Shown: positions 35,966 through 46,184 of the stretch, piece by piece
Numbering within the stretch: position 1 is the first letter of the stretch
How the letters are laid out: every line of letters begins with the position of its first letter
Assembly (NCBI GenBank): GCA_965204375.1
Contig: OZ241986.1
Coordinates: forward strand, 5,504,001 to 5,568,000
DNA length: 64,000 bases
Direction of reading: 5' to 3'
Source: Candidatus Latescibacterota bacterium
GTDB lineage: Bacteria > Latescibacterota > UBA2968
Translations under genes and position numbers: made by a program
The notes under the pieces: model-generated
Told to the model about the DNA's origin: nothing
Databases searched by the model: none
What the model saw: the letters and a program-made list of their open reading frames with translations, nothing else

Positions 35966-37417
35966 ATGATGAACTCATTTCTTAGAAAACCGAATTTGTT
36001 ATTTATTTTTACCGATCAACAACGCGCGGATACGATGCGGTGTTATGGCAATGATCATATTGATACGCCGCATCTCAATGCGCTTGCGGATAAGAGTTTT
36101 GTCTTTGAGAATGCCTATGTGAGTCAGCCCGTGTGCAGTCCTTCGCGCGCCACGATGTTGTGCGGTCTCTACCCGCATACCGCGCGCGTGCCGGCGTGCA
36201 ATGTTCCCCTGCCTCGAGATGTGCAGACTATTGCGGAGATGGTGTCTTCGGATTATCGCTGTTGTTATAATGGCAAGTGGCATCTCGGCGATGAAATTTT
36301 TCCGCAGCACGGTTTTTCCGAGTGGGTTGGTACCGAGGATTCGTACCGTCGTTTTTTTTCGAGTTCTGAACGCCATGCATACCGCAGTGCCTACCATCAC
36401 TTTCTCGTGGAAAATGGTTTTGAGCCCAATTCCGAATCCGAAGGTCAGCGCGTTTTTTCCCGCCATGTTGAAGCGAGTATGGATGAACCGTTTACCAAGG
36501 CGTCTTTCCAGGGCGACCGCGCTGCCGAATTTATACGCGCGTGTGGCGATCAGCCCTTTGTGCTGGCGGTGTCTTATCTGGAACCGCATCCACCGCATAC
36601 GGGTCCGTTAAACGATTATTACGATCCTTCAGAACTTCCCGTTGGTCCCGCGTTTCGCCAGAAGCCACCGGCTCATGCGTCTCTTCTCAATCGCGTTTTG
36701 TCCGCTTATTATATGGAGTCCGAGGAATACGGTTACGATCTTCGCACAGATGAGGGCTGGCGTGCTGTTCGCGCGCGCTATTATGGCAATGTTACGTTGA
36801 TTGATCGCTCTGTTGGCAAGATTCTCGCTGCGCTTGAGGAGAGCGGGCAGGCGGATAATACGATTATTGTTTTTACCAGTGATCACGGCGAGATGGTGGG
36901 CGATCACGGCATTTTGGGCAAGACTGTTCTGTACGAGGAGTCCGTCAGGGTTCCGCTTCTCATTCATGTGCCCTATTTGTCCAATCAGCAGCGTGTGATT
37001 GGGGGAAATATTTCACATATTGATCTCGTGCCTACGCTTCTGGATTTGATGGGTGAATCTATTCCCGATCATCTGCAAGGCGAGAGCCGCGCGTCCGTAC
37101 TGAATGGGGGTGCGACATTATCGGAGAATGATGTTTTTATTCAGTGGAACCGCAGCGATGGACACCCGCGTCCCGGCGAGGCCGAGGTCAATCCCGCTAT
37201 GAGTACGCCCTGGCGATCTGTTATTTCCGCTGATCGCTGGAAGCTCAATCTCAGTGTGCACGATCAGTGTGAACTCTACGATCTGAACGCTGATCCATGT
37301 GAAACCGTCAATTATTTTGACGATCCCAAATGCCGGGGCCGCATCCAGGATCTGACCGAGCGTATTCGTCAATGGCAGATGCAGACGGATGATAGGGTTC
37401 CGTTGCCAGAGATTTAG
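35966..37417 (+). CDS. Sulfatase (formylglycine-dependent)
   Basis: PNLLFIFTDQQR, CSPSR, GKWH, TSDHGE, ELYDL. Confidence 0.93.
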   Translation: MMNSFLRKPNLLFIFTDQQRADTMRCYGNDHIDTPHLNALADKSFVFENAYVSQPVCSPSRATMLCGLYPHTARVPACNVPLPRDVQTIAEMVSSDYRCCYNGKWHLGDEIFPQHGFSEWVGTEDSYRRFFSSSERHAYRSAYHHFLVENGFEPNSESEGQRVFSRHVEASMDEPFTKASFQGDRAAEFIRACGDQPFVLAVSYLEPHPPHTGPLNDYYDPSELPVGPAFRQKPPAHASLLNRVLSAYYMESEEYGYDLRTDEGWRAVRARYYGNVTLIDRSVGKILAALEESGQADNTIIVFTSDHGEMVGDHGILGKTVLYEESVRVPLLIHVPYLSNQQRVIGGNISHIDLVPTLLDLMGESIPDHLQGESRASVLNGGATLSENDVFIQWNRSDGHPRPGEAEVNPAMSTPWRSVISADRWKLNLSVHDQCELYDLNADPCETVNYFDDPKCRGRIQDLTERIRQWQMQTDDRVPLPEI

Positions 37418-37430
37418 CAGGAGGATTGCC

Positions 37431-38279
37431 TTGTTAAATTCCAAACGAGAACAATTTGCCCGCGATGGGTTCTATGTGTTCGAGAATATTCTCGATTCTG
37501 TTCTGGTGGATCGATTGCAGCGTTTTAGCGATGATGTACTCTCGGAACAGGATCCGGAGCATTTTGAGATGCATCGCACGACCGGGAGTATGGTTATGAT
37601 CGATTGGGCTATGGCGTATCAGTATCCTGTGATGGCTGAACTCATCGCCCATCCCAATGCGCTCAATGCGTTAAAACAGCTCGGGTTTGATGAACCGAAG
37701 TTTGGGCATGGACGCATTATCAGCAAGCCACCGCATAGTCCACCGCTTTTCTGGCATGAAGATGGTCGTTTTTGGGATGATCCGGTGAGCTATACGACGC
37801 AGCCCATTCAGTGTTTTTTGATGTATTATCTGACCGATACGATGCCGCAAAACGGGTGTTTGCGCGTGGTCCCGGGGTCGCATCTGAAACGCCATGCTTT
37901 ACACGACAAAATTTCTCCGAGCCATACAGATGAACTCAGAACATTTGCCAATCCGGATGATCCGGGGTTTTCGCGGGTGGATGACGAGATCGATGTTCCC
38001 GTTAAAGCCGGCGATCTCGTGATGGGTTATGGCAGCTTGTTGCACGCTTCGCATGCGAACCAGACAGATCAGCGCAGGACTGTGCTTACGATGTGGTACT
38101 ATCCAGATTTTGTCGCTTTGCCCGAGCGTACGCAGGCCACGGTCGCTTTGGCAGAAGGTAATAATAGTGATACTGTGTCATCGTCTGAAGAGGCGCTGAT
38201 GGAGCCGCTCAGAATCGCGTATGATGGCGAGGCAGAGCCGATAGAGATACAGTGGATACCTGGTGAGGAACTGAAGTGA
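37431..38279 (+). CDS. PhyH-family dioxygenase
   Basis: TTG start after GGAGG; RDGF, WHED, VPGSH, LLHAS. Confidence 0.88.
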   Translation: MLNSKREQFARDGFYVFENILDSVLVDRLQRFSDDVLSEQDPEHFEMHRTTGSMVMIDWAMAYQYPVMAELIAHPNALNALKQLGFDEPKFGHGRIISKPPHSPPLFWHEDGRFWDDPVSYTTQPIQCFLMYYLTDTMPQNGCLRVVPGSHLKRHALHDKISPSHTDELRTFANPDDPGFSRVDDEIDVPVKAGDLVMGYGSLLHASHANQTDQRRTVLTMWYYPDFVALPERTQATVALAEGNNSDTVSSSEEALMEPLRIAYDGEAEPIEIQWIPGEELK

Positions 38280-38309
38280 GAAAATGTCCAATTCGAAAAG
38301 AGGTTAGTT

Positions 38310-39347
38310 ATGCCAAAAGTCCTTCTCGCGTCTAATAAGCGCATTCGCGATAGCTATTTTCCGCCGGAGGAACTCGCCCGCCTCGAGACCTTCGCCACAT
38401 GGGATTGGTTTGAGTGCGAGGGTGGCAATATTTATGAAGCCCCTCGCGATCCCGGAACTATTGCGGGTTTAGTTGATTGTATAGGGGATGCGGATGCTGT
38501 CGTCGTGTGCTCCGGGTGTCCCACGATCGATGCCGAGGTGATGGATAATGCGCCAAATTTGAAGTTGGTTGGCGAATTAGAAGGCGACCGCTTTGCCGCG
38601 CGCATTGATCTCGATGCTGCCTGGGAACGCGGTATCCGCACGGTTGATACGACTCAAGGGTCGTCTTATCCGGTTGCCGAATGGGCACTCGCGCTTATTC
38701 TTATCGCGCTGCGCAATGCGGGGGCGGCTTTTCGCTGCATTATTGCTGGGGATACACACAATGCTAAAAACCGCGATATGCGCGGTATGTTGACCGGCAA
38801 GCGCGTCGGTCTTATTGGGTGTGGGCACATGGGTCGTCGTCTCATTTCTTTTTTGCGTCCTTTTAATACGGATATTTGGGTTCATGATCCGTATTTGTCT
38901 CGCGATATTGCCGAGATTGTCGGTTTTACGCAGACTTCGATGGATAAGATTTTTGCGGAATGCGATGTTATTGTCTGTGTTGCCCCGCTTACACCGCGCA
39001 CCAGAGGTATGATTGGGAAACGCGAACTCGATCTCATCCAACCCAGGTCGGCTTTTGTCAATGTTTCACGCGGCGCAATTGTCGATTCAAATGCTTTGAT
39101 CGAACGCCTTAAGCGAGGTGATATTACCGCGGGTCTCGAGGTTTTTGATCCGGAACCTATTCCTCCCGATAGTGAGATTATTCACCTTCCCAATGTGTTT
39201 TTAAGTCCGCATTTTTCGGGCTATACAGGCGATGATTATCCCCACTTTTTCAAACTTATGGTCGATGAACTCGATCGCTTTTTTCAGGGGCACGAGACGT
39301 GGTTTGACCTTACGCCACAATCGCAGGCCAATCGCAGAGGCGACTGA
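38310..39347 (+). CDS. D-2-hydroxyacid dehydrogenase family
   Basis: VAE, GLIGCGHMG, NVSRG, PEP, SPH. Confidence 0.88.
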   Translation: MPKVLLASNKRIRDSYFPPEELARLETFATWDWFECEGGNIYEAPRDPGTIAGLVDCIGDADAVVVCSGCPTIDAEVMDNAPNLKLVGELEGDRFAARIDLDAAWERGIRTVDTTQGSSYPVAEWALALILIALRNAGAAFRCIIAGDTHNAKNRDMRGMLTGKRVGLIGCGHMGRRLISFLRPFNTDIWVHDPYLSRDIAEIVGFTQTSMDKIFAECDVIVCVAPLTPRTRGMIGKRELDLIQPRSAFVNVSRGAIVDSNALIERLKRGDITAGLEVFDPEPIPPDSEIIHLPNVFLSPHFSGYTGDDYPHFFKLMVDELDRFFQGHETWFDLTPQSQANRRGD

Positions 39348-39405
39348 TCACTTTTTCAAGTTTTGCATTTTGGGTATATTCAAATTAGCCATATCGGGAG
39401 ACATT

Positions 39406-39792
39406 ATGTTTCGCCTCTTTCTCGCAACTGTCTGCGTCATTTTGATGGCTTGCCAGAATTCGCCAGAACAGAAAGCCGAACCCCCTCAGCGCCCGCAGTT
39501 TGCCGCGGCAGATATTGAAAGGGGGAAGGCTCTTTACACGAAATACGGGTGCGCGGTTTGCCATGGTCGCAACGGCCACGGCAATGGTCAGATTGCGCGT
39601 ACTCTGAATCCAAGGCCCCGCGATTTTCACGATCCCAAAGTTTATAAATACGGGCGTTCGGTCGAGGCTGTTTCGCGTACGATCCTCAAGGGCGCGCTCA
39701 ATGAACGGGGTATGGGTATGCCTGGCTATCCCCAAATCCCGGAGGAAGAACGCAGGATTATTTCCATTTTTATTGTTTCGCTACAGAAATGA
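39406..39792 (+). CDS. Monoheme cytochrome c lipoprotein
   Basis: Lipobox LMAC, CAVCH, PRPRDF, GMP. Confidence 0.85.
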   Translation: MFRLFLATVCVILMACQNSPEQKAEPPQRPQFAAADIERGKALYTKYGCAVCHGRNGHGNGQIARTLNPRPRDFHDPKVYKYGRSVEAVSRTILKGALNERGMGMPGYPQIPEEERRIISIFIVSLQK

Positions 39793-40235
39793 GAGCGTGT
39801 CTTTTTCTTATATTTTTCCTGATTCTGCTTGGGATGGGATGCAGTGATCGGGATATTTCTTCTGTGACCATTAAAAACGCATGGGTGCGGCAGAATATTC
39901 CGCCTCAGAAGATGACGGCGGCTTATTTGGCTATCCACAATGAGGGGATGGCGACTGCGCTCGTTTCTGCTTCTACGCCTGCGGCTGAGGTTGCCGAGAT
40001 TCACGTTATGACGACTGATGGCAATATTATGCGTATGAAAAAAATTGACCGTTTGCCGATTCCGGAAGATGGTTCGGCTACTTTGCAACCCGGGGGTAAC
40101 CATCTCATGCTTATTGGTCTTAGACGCGATTTGGCTGTGGGCGATTCTCTCGCGCTTACGCTTACTTTTGCAAATGGTCAGGTACAGATGGTTCGGGCAC
40201 CTGTTGTTTCGTTTCGGAATGAAGGGCGCAGATGA
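39789..40235 (+). CDS. PCuAC copper chaperone
   Basis: NAWVR, AAYL, EIH...MRM...PGGNHLML. Confidence 0.9.
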   Translation: MRACLFLIFFLILLGMGCSDRDISSVTIKNAWVRQNIPPQKMTAAYLAIHNEGMATALVSASTPAAEVAEIHVMTTDGNIMRMKKIDRLPIPEDGSATLQPGGNHLMLIGLRRDLAVGDSLALTLTFANGQVQMVRAPVVSFRNEGRR

Positions 40236-40888
40236 ATACGATCCGCAGATGGACGCAGATGGGCGCAGATAAATGGCGAGGGATAAGGGGGGGCTGGAGA
40301 GGCTCTTTGCACTTTGTACTTTGCACTTTGCTGTTGCTATTTGTGGCCTGTAAACCGCTTGAGCGCACGCCGCAGTCCGATCCCGACCTCACCCTTTCTG
40401 CCGATCCCTATCCTTTTGGCGGCGATTTGACGCTTGTTGATCACGATGGCAATTCATTCAATTTGGCAGATCAACAGCGTCCGTTTCTTCTTTTTTTTGG
40501 CTATGCGAGTTGTCCCGATGCGTGTCCTCAAACTATGGCGCGGCTTGCGAGTGCTTATACGATTTTAGGCGAGGATGCACGCGATCTCAGGACGCTTTTT
40601 GTCAGTGTTGATCCCGGGCGGGATTCCCCGCAAATGCTCAAAACTTATTTGTCGCATTTTGACGTGCCAGCCGTTGGTCTTACAGGGGTGCAGGATAGCA
40701 TTGACGCGGTGGTCAAGCGCTATGCGGCTCATTATGAGATTGGCGAGCGGAATTCCGCAGCGGGATATCTTATCGACCATTCCCTCTATACGTATCTTAT
40801 TGACCAGAACGGCGATTTGCGTTTCTTTTTTCGCCCGTCCCATACCGCCGAAGAAATTGCGACTGTGGTTCGTCAATTGTCCAGGTGA
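40232..40888 (+). CDS. SCO family protein (start may be TTG 40307)
   Basis: FFGYASCPDAC, SVDP..D, IDHS..YLID. Confidence 0.9.
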   Translation: MNTIRRWTQMGADKWRGIRGGWRGSLHFVLCTLLLLFVACKPLERTPQSDPDLTLSADPYPFGGDLTLVDHDGNSFNLADQQRPFLLFFGYASCPDACPQTMARLASAYTILGEDARDLRTLFVSVDPGRDSPQMLKTYLSHFDVPAVGLTGVQDSIDAVVKRYAAHYEIGERNSAAGYLIDHSLYTYLIDQNGDLRFFFRPSHTAEEIATVVRQLSR

Positions 40889-40906
40889 ATTTTGTGGGGA
40901 TAAAGC

Positions 40907-42028
40907 ATGATGCGAGTCGCTTGCGATGTGCCCTACACTGAGGGAATCAAATACGCGGGGTCTAAGTTGAAACTTCTTCCGCATATTTTGCAACTGGTTA
41001 AGAGGGTTGATGCTAAGACGGTTTTGGATGGGTTTTCGGGTACGACGAGGGTGTCGCAGGCGTTCGCGAGGCTGGGTTATACGGTTGTTTGCAATGATGT
41101 TGCGGTGTGGTCGAAGGTTTTTGGGACGTGCTATTTGTTGAATAAAAAGAGGCGAGAGGATTACCAACCGCTTATTGATCATCTCAATGCGCTTTCGCCT
41201 GTGGATGGGTGGTTTACGGAGCACTATGGGGGTCAGCCCAATAACGGATGTGCGATACAGCGAGATGGGCGCAAGAGGCCGTGGCAAATACACAATACCC
41301 GTAAATTAGATGCGATTCGAGGGGAGATTGACGCGCTGAAGCTCGATCCGGTTGATGAGGCTGTGGCGCTTACAAGTCTGGTTTTGGCGCTGGATCGCGT
41401 GGATAGCAGTTTGGGGCATTTTGTTTCTTATCTGAGGGACTGGTCGCCGCGCTCTTATAAAGAGCTTGTGCTGAAGGTGCCGAGTATTTTTCGGTCATCA
41501 GGGGAGCATCGGGTGTTTCAAAGGGATATTTTTGATCTCATTCCCGATATATCCGTTGATCTGGCGTATTTCGATCCCCCTTATGGATCAAATAACGAGA
41601 AGATGCCGCCGTCGCGGGTGCGGTACGCTTCGTATTACCATTTGTGGACGAGTGTGATTTGTGCGGATAAACCGGCTCTTTTTGGGAAGGCCAATCGCCG
41701 CAGGGATACGTCGGATTCTGTGGCGGCGTCTGTTTTTGAGGAGTTTCGGCGGAGTGATGAGGGGCGCTTTATTGCTGTTGAGGCGATTGAGGATCTCATT
41801 GCGGCGACGCGTGCGCGATGGGTTATTCTGTCGTACAGTTCTGGGGGGCGGGCGACTGCCAGGGCGTTGAACGATGTGATGCGGCGCAATGGCGAGATAG
41901 TGGATGTGGTCGCGCTCAATTACAAGAAGAATGTGATGGCGGGGATGAAGTGGACGAATGAATGGTTGAGAGATGCAGAGCAACCAAATCGGGAGTTTTT
42001 GTTTTTGCTCCAGAAGAAGGCGGTCTGA
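40907..42028 (+). CDS. Orphan N6-adenine DNA methyltransferase (D12 class-like)
   Basis: KYAGSK, DGFSGT, YFDPPY, LSYS. Confidence 0.85.
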   Translation: MMRVACDVPYTEGIKYAGSKLKLLPHILQLVKRVDAKTVLDGFSGTTRVSQAFARLGYTVVCNDVAVWSKVFGTCYLLNKKRREDYQPLIDHLNALSPVDGWFTEHYGGQPNNGCAIQRDGRKRPWQIHNTRKLDAIRGEIDALKLDPVDEAVALTSLVLALDRVDSSLGHFVSYLRDWSPRSYKELVLKVPSIFRSSGEHRVFQRDIFDLIPDISVDLAYFDPPYGSNNEKMPPSRVRYASYYHLWTSVICADKPALFGKANRRRDTSDSVAASVFEEFRRSDEGRFIAVEAIEDLIAATRARWVILSYSSGGRATARALNDVMRRNGEIVDVVALNYKKNVMAGMKWTNEWLRDAEQPNREFLFLLQKKAV

Positions 42029-42036
42029 CACATACT

Positions 42037-42783
42037 ATGTCTCCAATTCTCTTTGAATACGGGCCGATTCGCATCGGCGTTTATGGCGTGATGCTCGCGG
42101 TTGGTTTGATTTGTGCGTCGTGGGTGCTCAAACGCGAGTTTCGGCGTCGGGGTCTTGACCCCACGCTGTCAGATCGCATTGCATTTGTCGCTGTGATCGG
42201 CGGTATTGTGGGTAGTAAAATTTTTCACGTTTTTGAGTATCCCCACGCTTTTGTAGCCGATCCTTTTGGCACGATTTTTTCTTCTGTGGGTTGGGCCTGG
42301 TACGGCGGGCTTTTGGGTGGGGCTGCGACTGTGCTCCTTTGGCTTCGCCGGTATAATGCGCTCGATTGGCCCGCTGTGGATGCAATTGCACCGGCTCTTG
42401 TGGTGGGGTACTTTTTTGGGCGGGGAGGATGTGAGCTTTCGGGCGATGGATGCTATGGGATTCCCACGGATTTGCCCTGGGGGATGGCTTATCCCAATGG
42501 TCTTGTGCCCACGCTCGATTTTGTGCATCCGACGCCGATTTACGAGATGATTCAGATGGTTTGTATTTTCGGGATTCTGTTGGCTCTGCGCGATCGTCTC
42601 AGGCCCGGTATGGTTTTTGGTTTTTATCTCGTTTTGATGGCTGTTGCCCGCTTTTTTGTCGAGTTTGTGCGTCTCACGCCCGAGGTTTTTATGGGGCTTA
42701 CGGTGCATCAATGGGTCAGTATTGGTCTCGTGATTACGGGGCTTTATCTCATTAATTTGCGTCGAACAAGACCTCAGAATTGA
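42037..42783 (+). CDS. lgt: Prolipoprotein diacylglyceryl transferase
   Basis: YGVM, WYGGLLG, GRGGC..GD, HPTPIYE, RFFVEFVR. Confidence 0.85.
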   Translation: MSPILFEYGPIRIGVYGVMLAVGLICASWVLKREFRRRGLDPTLSDRIAFVAVIGGIVGSKIFHVFEYPHAFVADPFGTIFSSVGWAWYGGLLGGAATVLLWLRRYNALDWPAVDAIAPALVVGYFFGRGGCELSGDGCYGIPTDLPWGMAYPNGLVPTLDFVHPTPIYEMIQMVCIFGILLALRDRLRPGMVFGFYLVLMAVARFFVEFVRLTPEVFMGLTVHQWVSIGLVITGLYLINLRRTRPQN

Positions 42784-42808
42784 CAAAATTATGATCTCGG
42801 TTTATTTT
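42780..42808 (+). promoter_or_regulatory. Probable original cysS promoter (TTGACA-17-TATTTT), now displaced by IS
   Basis: Ends 9 nt before the left ATGGAT target copy at 42818. Confidence 0.55.
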
Positions 42809-42823
42809 TGAACTCACATGGAT

Positions 42824-44231
42824 CAATGGTTCGGACAGAATTAAGCGGCAATATTGCCATAATTGATAAGATATTTGTATTTGGGTGATTTTTTTATGTG
42901 CTTAGGGTCAAGATCAAACATTGAAAAAAACTTTTCAAGGAAAAAAGTGTTGAAATAACAGGCTTTTATGCTGGTCATCGAAAAAGGCTTTGTCGGGGTA
43001 TCTGACTGGGTTTTCAAGTGCTCTGCTTTGGATAGATTCAGCGTTGTCAAGGACGCATTAAAATGGAAGTCGAGGCGTTTTTGATCCCGGGTTTGCGCAT
43101 CGGATAGGCCAGTAAATTGTTTGGCATCACGAAAAATAAATTCAATCTGGAAGCGTGCTTTGTAATAGGTGACCACGCTTTGGGCCTCTAAATGCGGATC
43201 GGTAGAAAACAAGAGGACATAATTTTTCTTGCTCTTGATCTTCTCATTGAGTAGGACAACGACTTTGAGATTTCTTTTAAAGCATTGGTGATTGAGTATC
43301 TGGCTATACAAGGCAATGCCGTCTTGTGTGTGGTGATAGGTAAAGCGCGATAAGTCCTGCCAATCAACTTTGCCGTCGTATGTTTTCTGATTGCCAGAGC
43401 CTTTCTCCCTTTTGGGGCCTGTATAAAGATAGCGCATGTTGGCATCGTATCGCAATCTGCCAATTTGGTGGAGGTGGCGGGAGGTCACGCCATCAATAAA
43501 TTTCTTCTTCGAGAAGAAGCCATCCACACACAGATAGGTTTCATCCGCGTTGAGGTAAGGTGTTATCTCTCGTAAGTGTTGTAAATACTGGTCAATACGG
43601 TTTTCACCATCACTATCACCATCACCTTGTTGGCTGTTTTCAGTCTCAGAGATAGGGGCGGTTTGTCGAACCGAAAGAGGATAGGCTGTGTTTTCTTCCA
43701 CATCAACAAGTGCCACCCCACTGATTTCTAAGCCCTTTTCTGTTTTGCAATGACAGCCATTGAAAAAGTAGTCTAAGCCATAAGTTTTGTTCCCAGATTT
43801 GGGGATAAAAGAGGCATCTAAGGCCAGGATACGCGCAGGTGCTTGGTCTTGGTCTTGATCTTGATTTTGGTCTTGATCTTGATCTTGATCTATACAGTCA
43901 TTGATGATGGCACGGTTGAACGCCATAAAGTTAAAGGATTTGTCAAATTGGCGTGCGTATGTGCGCTCACTGTAATGGGAATAACGTGAAAGGTTGCGAA
44001 AATTGATTTTGCCTCGTGCAATGAGTATGGTAGTAAAAAGCGTGATGAGAAACTTTTTTTGGGGTTTGCATAAGTTTATCCGATTGAGTATCTTTTCTGC
44101 CAGTTCCATTGTGCCGTCTCACTTGTTTGGATTGTCGTTGATTTGGATATCTTTGACATCCAATCTGCGTGAACGGCACTTTTTTGTCTATGATTTTTTG
44201 TAACCTTTAAAAAAAACTGTCCGAAGTATTG
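42824..44231 (-). mobile_element. IS4-like DDE insertion sequence with 6-bp ATGGAT target duplication
   Basis: IRs caatggttcggacag / ctgtccgaagtattg; ATGGAT at 42818-42823 and 44232-44237. Confidence 0.88.
42841..44109 (-). CDS. DDE transposase (IS4-like superfamily)
   Basis: ALDAS, VDGFF, YKARFQIEFIFRDAKQ (YREK-like); contains a QD dipeptide repeat. Confidence 0.88.
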   Translation of the reverse strand: MELAEKILNRINLCKPQKKFLITLFTTILIARGKINFRNLSRYSHYSERTYARQFDKSFNFMAFNRAIINDCIDQDQDQDQNQDQDQDQAPARILALDASFIPKSGNKTYGLDYFFNGCHCKTEKGLEISGVALVDVEENTAYPLSVRQTAPISETENSQQGDGDSDGENRIDQYLQHLREITPYLNADETYLCVDGFFSKKKFIDGVTSRHLHQIGRLRYDANMRYLYTGPKREKGSGNQKTYDGKVDWQDLSRFTYHHTQDGIALYSQILNHQCFKRNLKVVVLLNEKIKSKKNYVLLFSTDPHLEAQSVVTYYKARFQIEFIFRDAKQFTGLSDAQTRDQKRLDFHFNASLTTLNLSKAEHLKTQSDTPTKPFSMTSIKACYFNTFFLEKFFSMFDLDPKHIKKSPKYKYLINYGNIAA

Positions 44232-45740
44232 ATGGATATTCGATTTTACAATACGCTGACGAATCGCGAAGAAGTTTTTGAGCCGCTTGATCCTCCAAAT
44301 GTGGCGATGTATTCCTGTGGTCCAACGGTGTACGATTTTGCCCATATCGGCAATTTCAAGTCTTTTTTGTTTTCTGATGTGCTCCGTCGATTTCTCGATT
44401 TGGCCGGTTATAACGTTACCCATGTGATGAATATTACCGATGTGGGACATATGACGGACGACGATGTGGCCGATGCGACCGGCGAGGACAAAATCGCGGT
44501 GGCTGCGCGCAAGCTCAAGGAGGAAAAGAAGTCGGGCAAGTTGCCCGATGATGCGATTTCTAATCCCGATGATCCGTTTGAGGTGGCGCAATATTTTACG
44601 GATGCATTTATCGAAGATGCGCGTTTGCTGGATATTAAAGTGGCGCACGGCTATCCGCGCAATATGCCGCGTCCTACGGAACATATCGATGCCATACAGG
44701 TGATGATTCAGAAGTTGTTGGATAAGGGGCACGCCTATATTGCCGATGATGGTGTGGTTTATTTTAGTGTTGACTCTTTTCCCGAATACGGTCGTCTGTC
44801 GGGCAATGATCTGGAGCAGCTCATCGCGGGTTCTGGTGGCCGCGTGCTTGAAGAACACCAGGCGATCAAGCGCAATCCCGCTGATTTCTTTTTGTGGAAG
44901 CCCGATCCGTCGCATATTATGAAATGGCCTTCTCCGTGGGGTGAGGGGTATCCGGGCTGGCATATCGAATGCTCGGCCATGGCGATGAAGATGCTGCGGC
45001 GCGAGGTTATCGATATTCACACTGGGGGCGAGGATAATATTTTTCCGCATCACGAATGCGAGATTGCTCAGTCGTGCTGTGCGACGGGGCATTCGCATTT
45101 TGCGAGGTACTGGATTCACCCGCGCTATTTAATGGTGGAAGGCGAGAAGATGTCCAAGAGCAAGGGCAATTTTTTTACGGTGCGCGATGTGCTCAAGGGC
45201 AAGGTGACCGGGCGTCCCGTTCATCCTTCGGTTTTGCGTTACGAACTCATTAAGACGCATTATCGCACGCAGACCAATTTTACGCAAAAAGGTCTTCAGG
45301 ATTCGGCCAGTGCTGTACGAAGATTTCACGAGTTTGGGCAGGAGCTGGCCCAGGCGGCGAACGGCAATGCGACGGAGGTCGGCAATGATCATCCCGTTGT
45401 TGCCGATTTTCTCAGTGCGCTGTCCAGCGATCTCAATATCAGTGCAGCACTTGCGGTTGTGCATAACTGGATGGGGCAAAAGGTAGATGACCCGTCCGAA
45501 GCGCTGGATGTGTTTGATAAGATCAATAGTGTGTTGGGAATTGCCGATCTTTCGGGATTGGTCAAGACTGATTCATCGGATGAGACAGATACCAGCGAGG
45601 CGATTTGCAAACAGATTGATGAGGCCCGCGCATCCAAAGATTACGATACTGCTGATCGTCTGCGGCAGGATCTCATCGATGCGGGCTATGAGGTGCGTAC
45701 CACGCCGAAAGGGACGATGGCTGTGAAGCAGTTGGCGTAG
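44232..45740 (+). CDS. cysS: Cysteine--tRNA ligase
   Basis: [38 protein letters not shown]. Confidence 0.97.
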   Translation: MDIRFYNTLTNREEVFEPLDPPNVAMYSCGPTVYDFAHIGNFKSFLFSDVLRRFLDLAGYNVTHVMNITDVGHMTDDDVADATGEDKIAVAARKLKEEKKSGKLPDDAISNPDDPFEVAQYFTDAFIEDARLLDIKVAHGYPRNMPRPTEHIDAIQVMIQKLLDKGHAYIADDGVVYFSVDSFPEYGRLSGNDLEQLIAGSGGRVLEEHQAIKRNPADFFLWKPDPSHIMKWPSPWGEGYPGWHIECSAMAMKMLRREVIDIHTGGEDNIFPHHECEIAQSCCATGHSHFARYWIHPRYLMVEGEKMSKSKGNFFTVRDVLKGKVTGRPVHPSVLRYELIKTHYRTQTNFTQKGLQDSASAVRRFHEFGQELAQAANGNATEVGNDHPVVADFLSALSSDLNISAALAVVHNWMGQKVDDPSEALDVFDKINSVLGIADLSGLVKTDSSDETDTSEAICKQIDEARASKDYDTADRLRQDLIDAGYEVRTTPKGTMAVKQLA

Positions 45741-45779
45741 AGGCAGTGGACAGGAAATAAAGACAAATGGAATTACAAT

Positions 45780-46157
45780 ATGGGGATTCTTAGCACATTC
45801 TTCAATGCTATGATTCGTAGCGCGGGGCACGACGCCTATCGCTCAACAAAAAGAGTTGTGACAGATGTGGGCAAACAGGCATCGCGTCGCACTGCTATTG
45901 AGGCAGATTACGATGTAATTCAAGAAGTTGACGAGGGGTTAGAAAATACTGCTGATATGTATACCGCGGCAGACAATCCTATTGAAATTGGCCATCGTGT
46001 GGTGCGAGGAGCGATTGATATTTTAGAGAAGCACATTGAGGAAGGCAAAGAATCACAGGTTGATGCAGAAATTATTGAAAGTATTGAGACTAATCTTGAC
46101 CAACTTTTAAGGATTGATATGCTGGAAAGCCAAGTGGAGAATATGCGGAGTTTGTAG
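45780..46157 (+). CDS. Hypothetical protein
   Basis: 125 aa ORF co-oriented with neighbours; no motif recognised. Confidence 0.5.
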   Translation: MGILSTFFNAMIRSAGHDAYRSTKRVVTDVGKQASRRTAIEADYDVIQEVDEGLENTADMYTAADNPIEIGHRVVRGAIDILEKHIEEGKESQVDAEIIESIETNLDQLLRIDMLESQVENMRSL

Positions 46158-46184
46158 GAACAGACAATTTGGAGGAAGAAACAG

